This document shows positions 63,686-64,000 of a stretch of 64,000 bases of DNA, piece by piece (within the stretch, counting starts at the first letter, position 1; each line of letters starts with the position of its first letter). Source of the stretch: an uncultured delta proteobacterium (GTDB lineage: Bacteria > Desulfobacterota > Desulfobacteria > Desulfobacterales > Desulfatirhabdiaceae); the NCBI GenBank assembly GCA_963789395.1, contig CAWBKP010000014.1, positions 160,001 through 224,000 of the forward strand. Direction: 5' to 3'. A program made the position numbers and the translations under genes. The notes under the pieces are model-generated. The model had not been told where the DNA came from and did no database searches. It saw only the letters and a list, made by a program, of their open reading frames with translations.

Positions 63686-63807
63686 TATTCCCTCCAGTTC
63701 ATGTTGAATCCACCGGTATTCACAGTATAGGATCTCCAGCCTTAAATGGAACAATACTTGAAATGGACAGCTTTCAGACGAGAATATGCAAGATGAAAAT
63801 GTAGCTG

Positions 63808-64000
63808 TTAAATCATCGAAATATGTTCTGGCGCGTCTGTAACATCCCCGATGATTGCGGCATGGGAGATGCCGTTATACTTCAGCCCGGCCAGAAGTGC
63901 GGCTGCCTGTGTCCCGGGAATGCTAATCAAAAGCCCGCCGGAGGTCTGGGGATCAAAAGAAATATCCTGCAGGACACGGTCCACTTGCGGACCAAAAGTC
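63808..64000 (-). CDS. selD: Selenophosphate synthetase, 3' end (partial)
   Basis: My translation: ...VLQDISFDPQTSGGLLISIP...AAIIGDV...stop. DPQTSGGLL is the SelD signature. Absent from the ORF track. Confidence 0.88.
   Translation of the reverse strand, partial: TFGPQVDRVLQDISFDPQTSGGLLISIPGTQAAALLAGLKYNGISHAAIIGDVTDAPEHISMI

Overview
Bacterial DNA, most consistent with an anaerobic Desulfobacterales-like deltaproteobacterium (inferred from gene content). 1-3.1 kb: chromate-resistance-like operon (chrB, ChrB C-terminal-only gene, MFS transporter, rhodanese). About 3.5-42 kb: an anaerobic aromatic-catabolism region with a DUF362 protein, M24 peptidase, DASS permease, an aryl-CoA ligase with an altered pocket, a PaaK-like ligase, a tungsten AOR module with MoeB/MoaD, a TRAP transporter whose dctM is interrupted by a 2.7 kb two-ORF insertion sequence, a bis-MGD oxidoreductase, four IclR regulators with visible candidate operators, and a complete class II benzoyl-CoA-reductase-like bamBCDEFGHI operon. 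In that operon BamB has a divergent active-site loop, BamF has an in-frame Sec codon with a SECIS-like hairpin, and BamH lacks its C-terminal Fe-S domains. 42-64 kb: mostly housekeeping genes (prfC, rpiB-glyA-dCMP deaminase-nrdR-ribD-ribE-ribBA-ribH-nusB, trpB2, ntrYX, fabH, 3' end of selD) plus a small family of REP-like intergenic elements. Many genes carry single-base frameshifts, probably long-read consensus errors. All homology calls are from motif recognition by eye; no database search was run.
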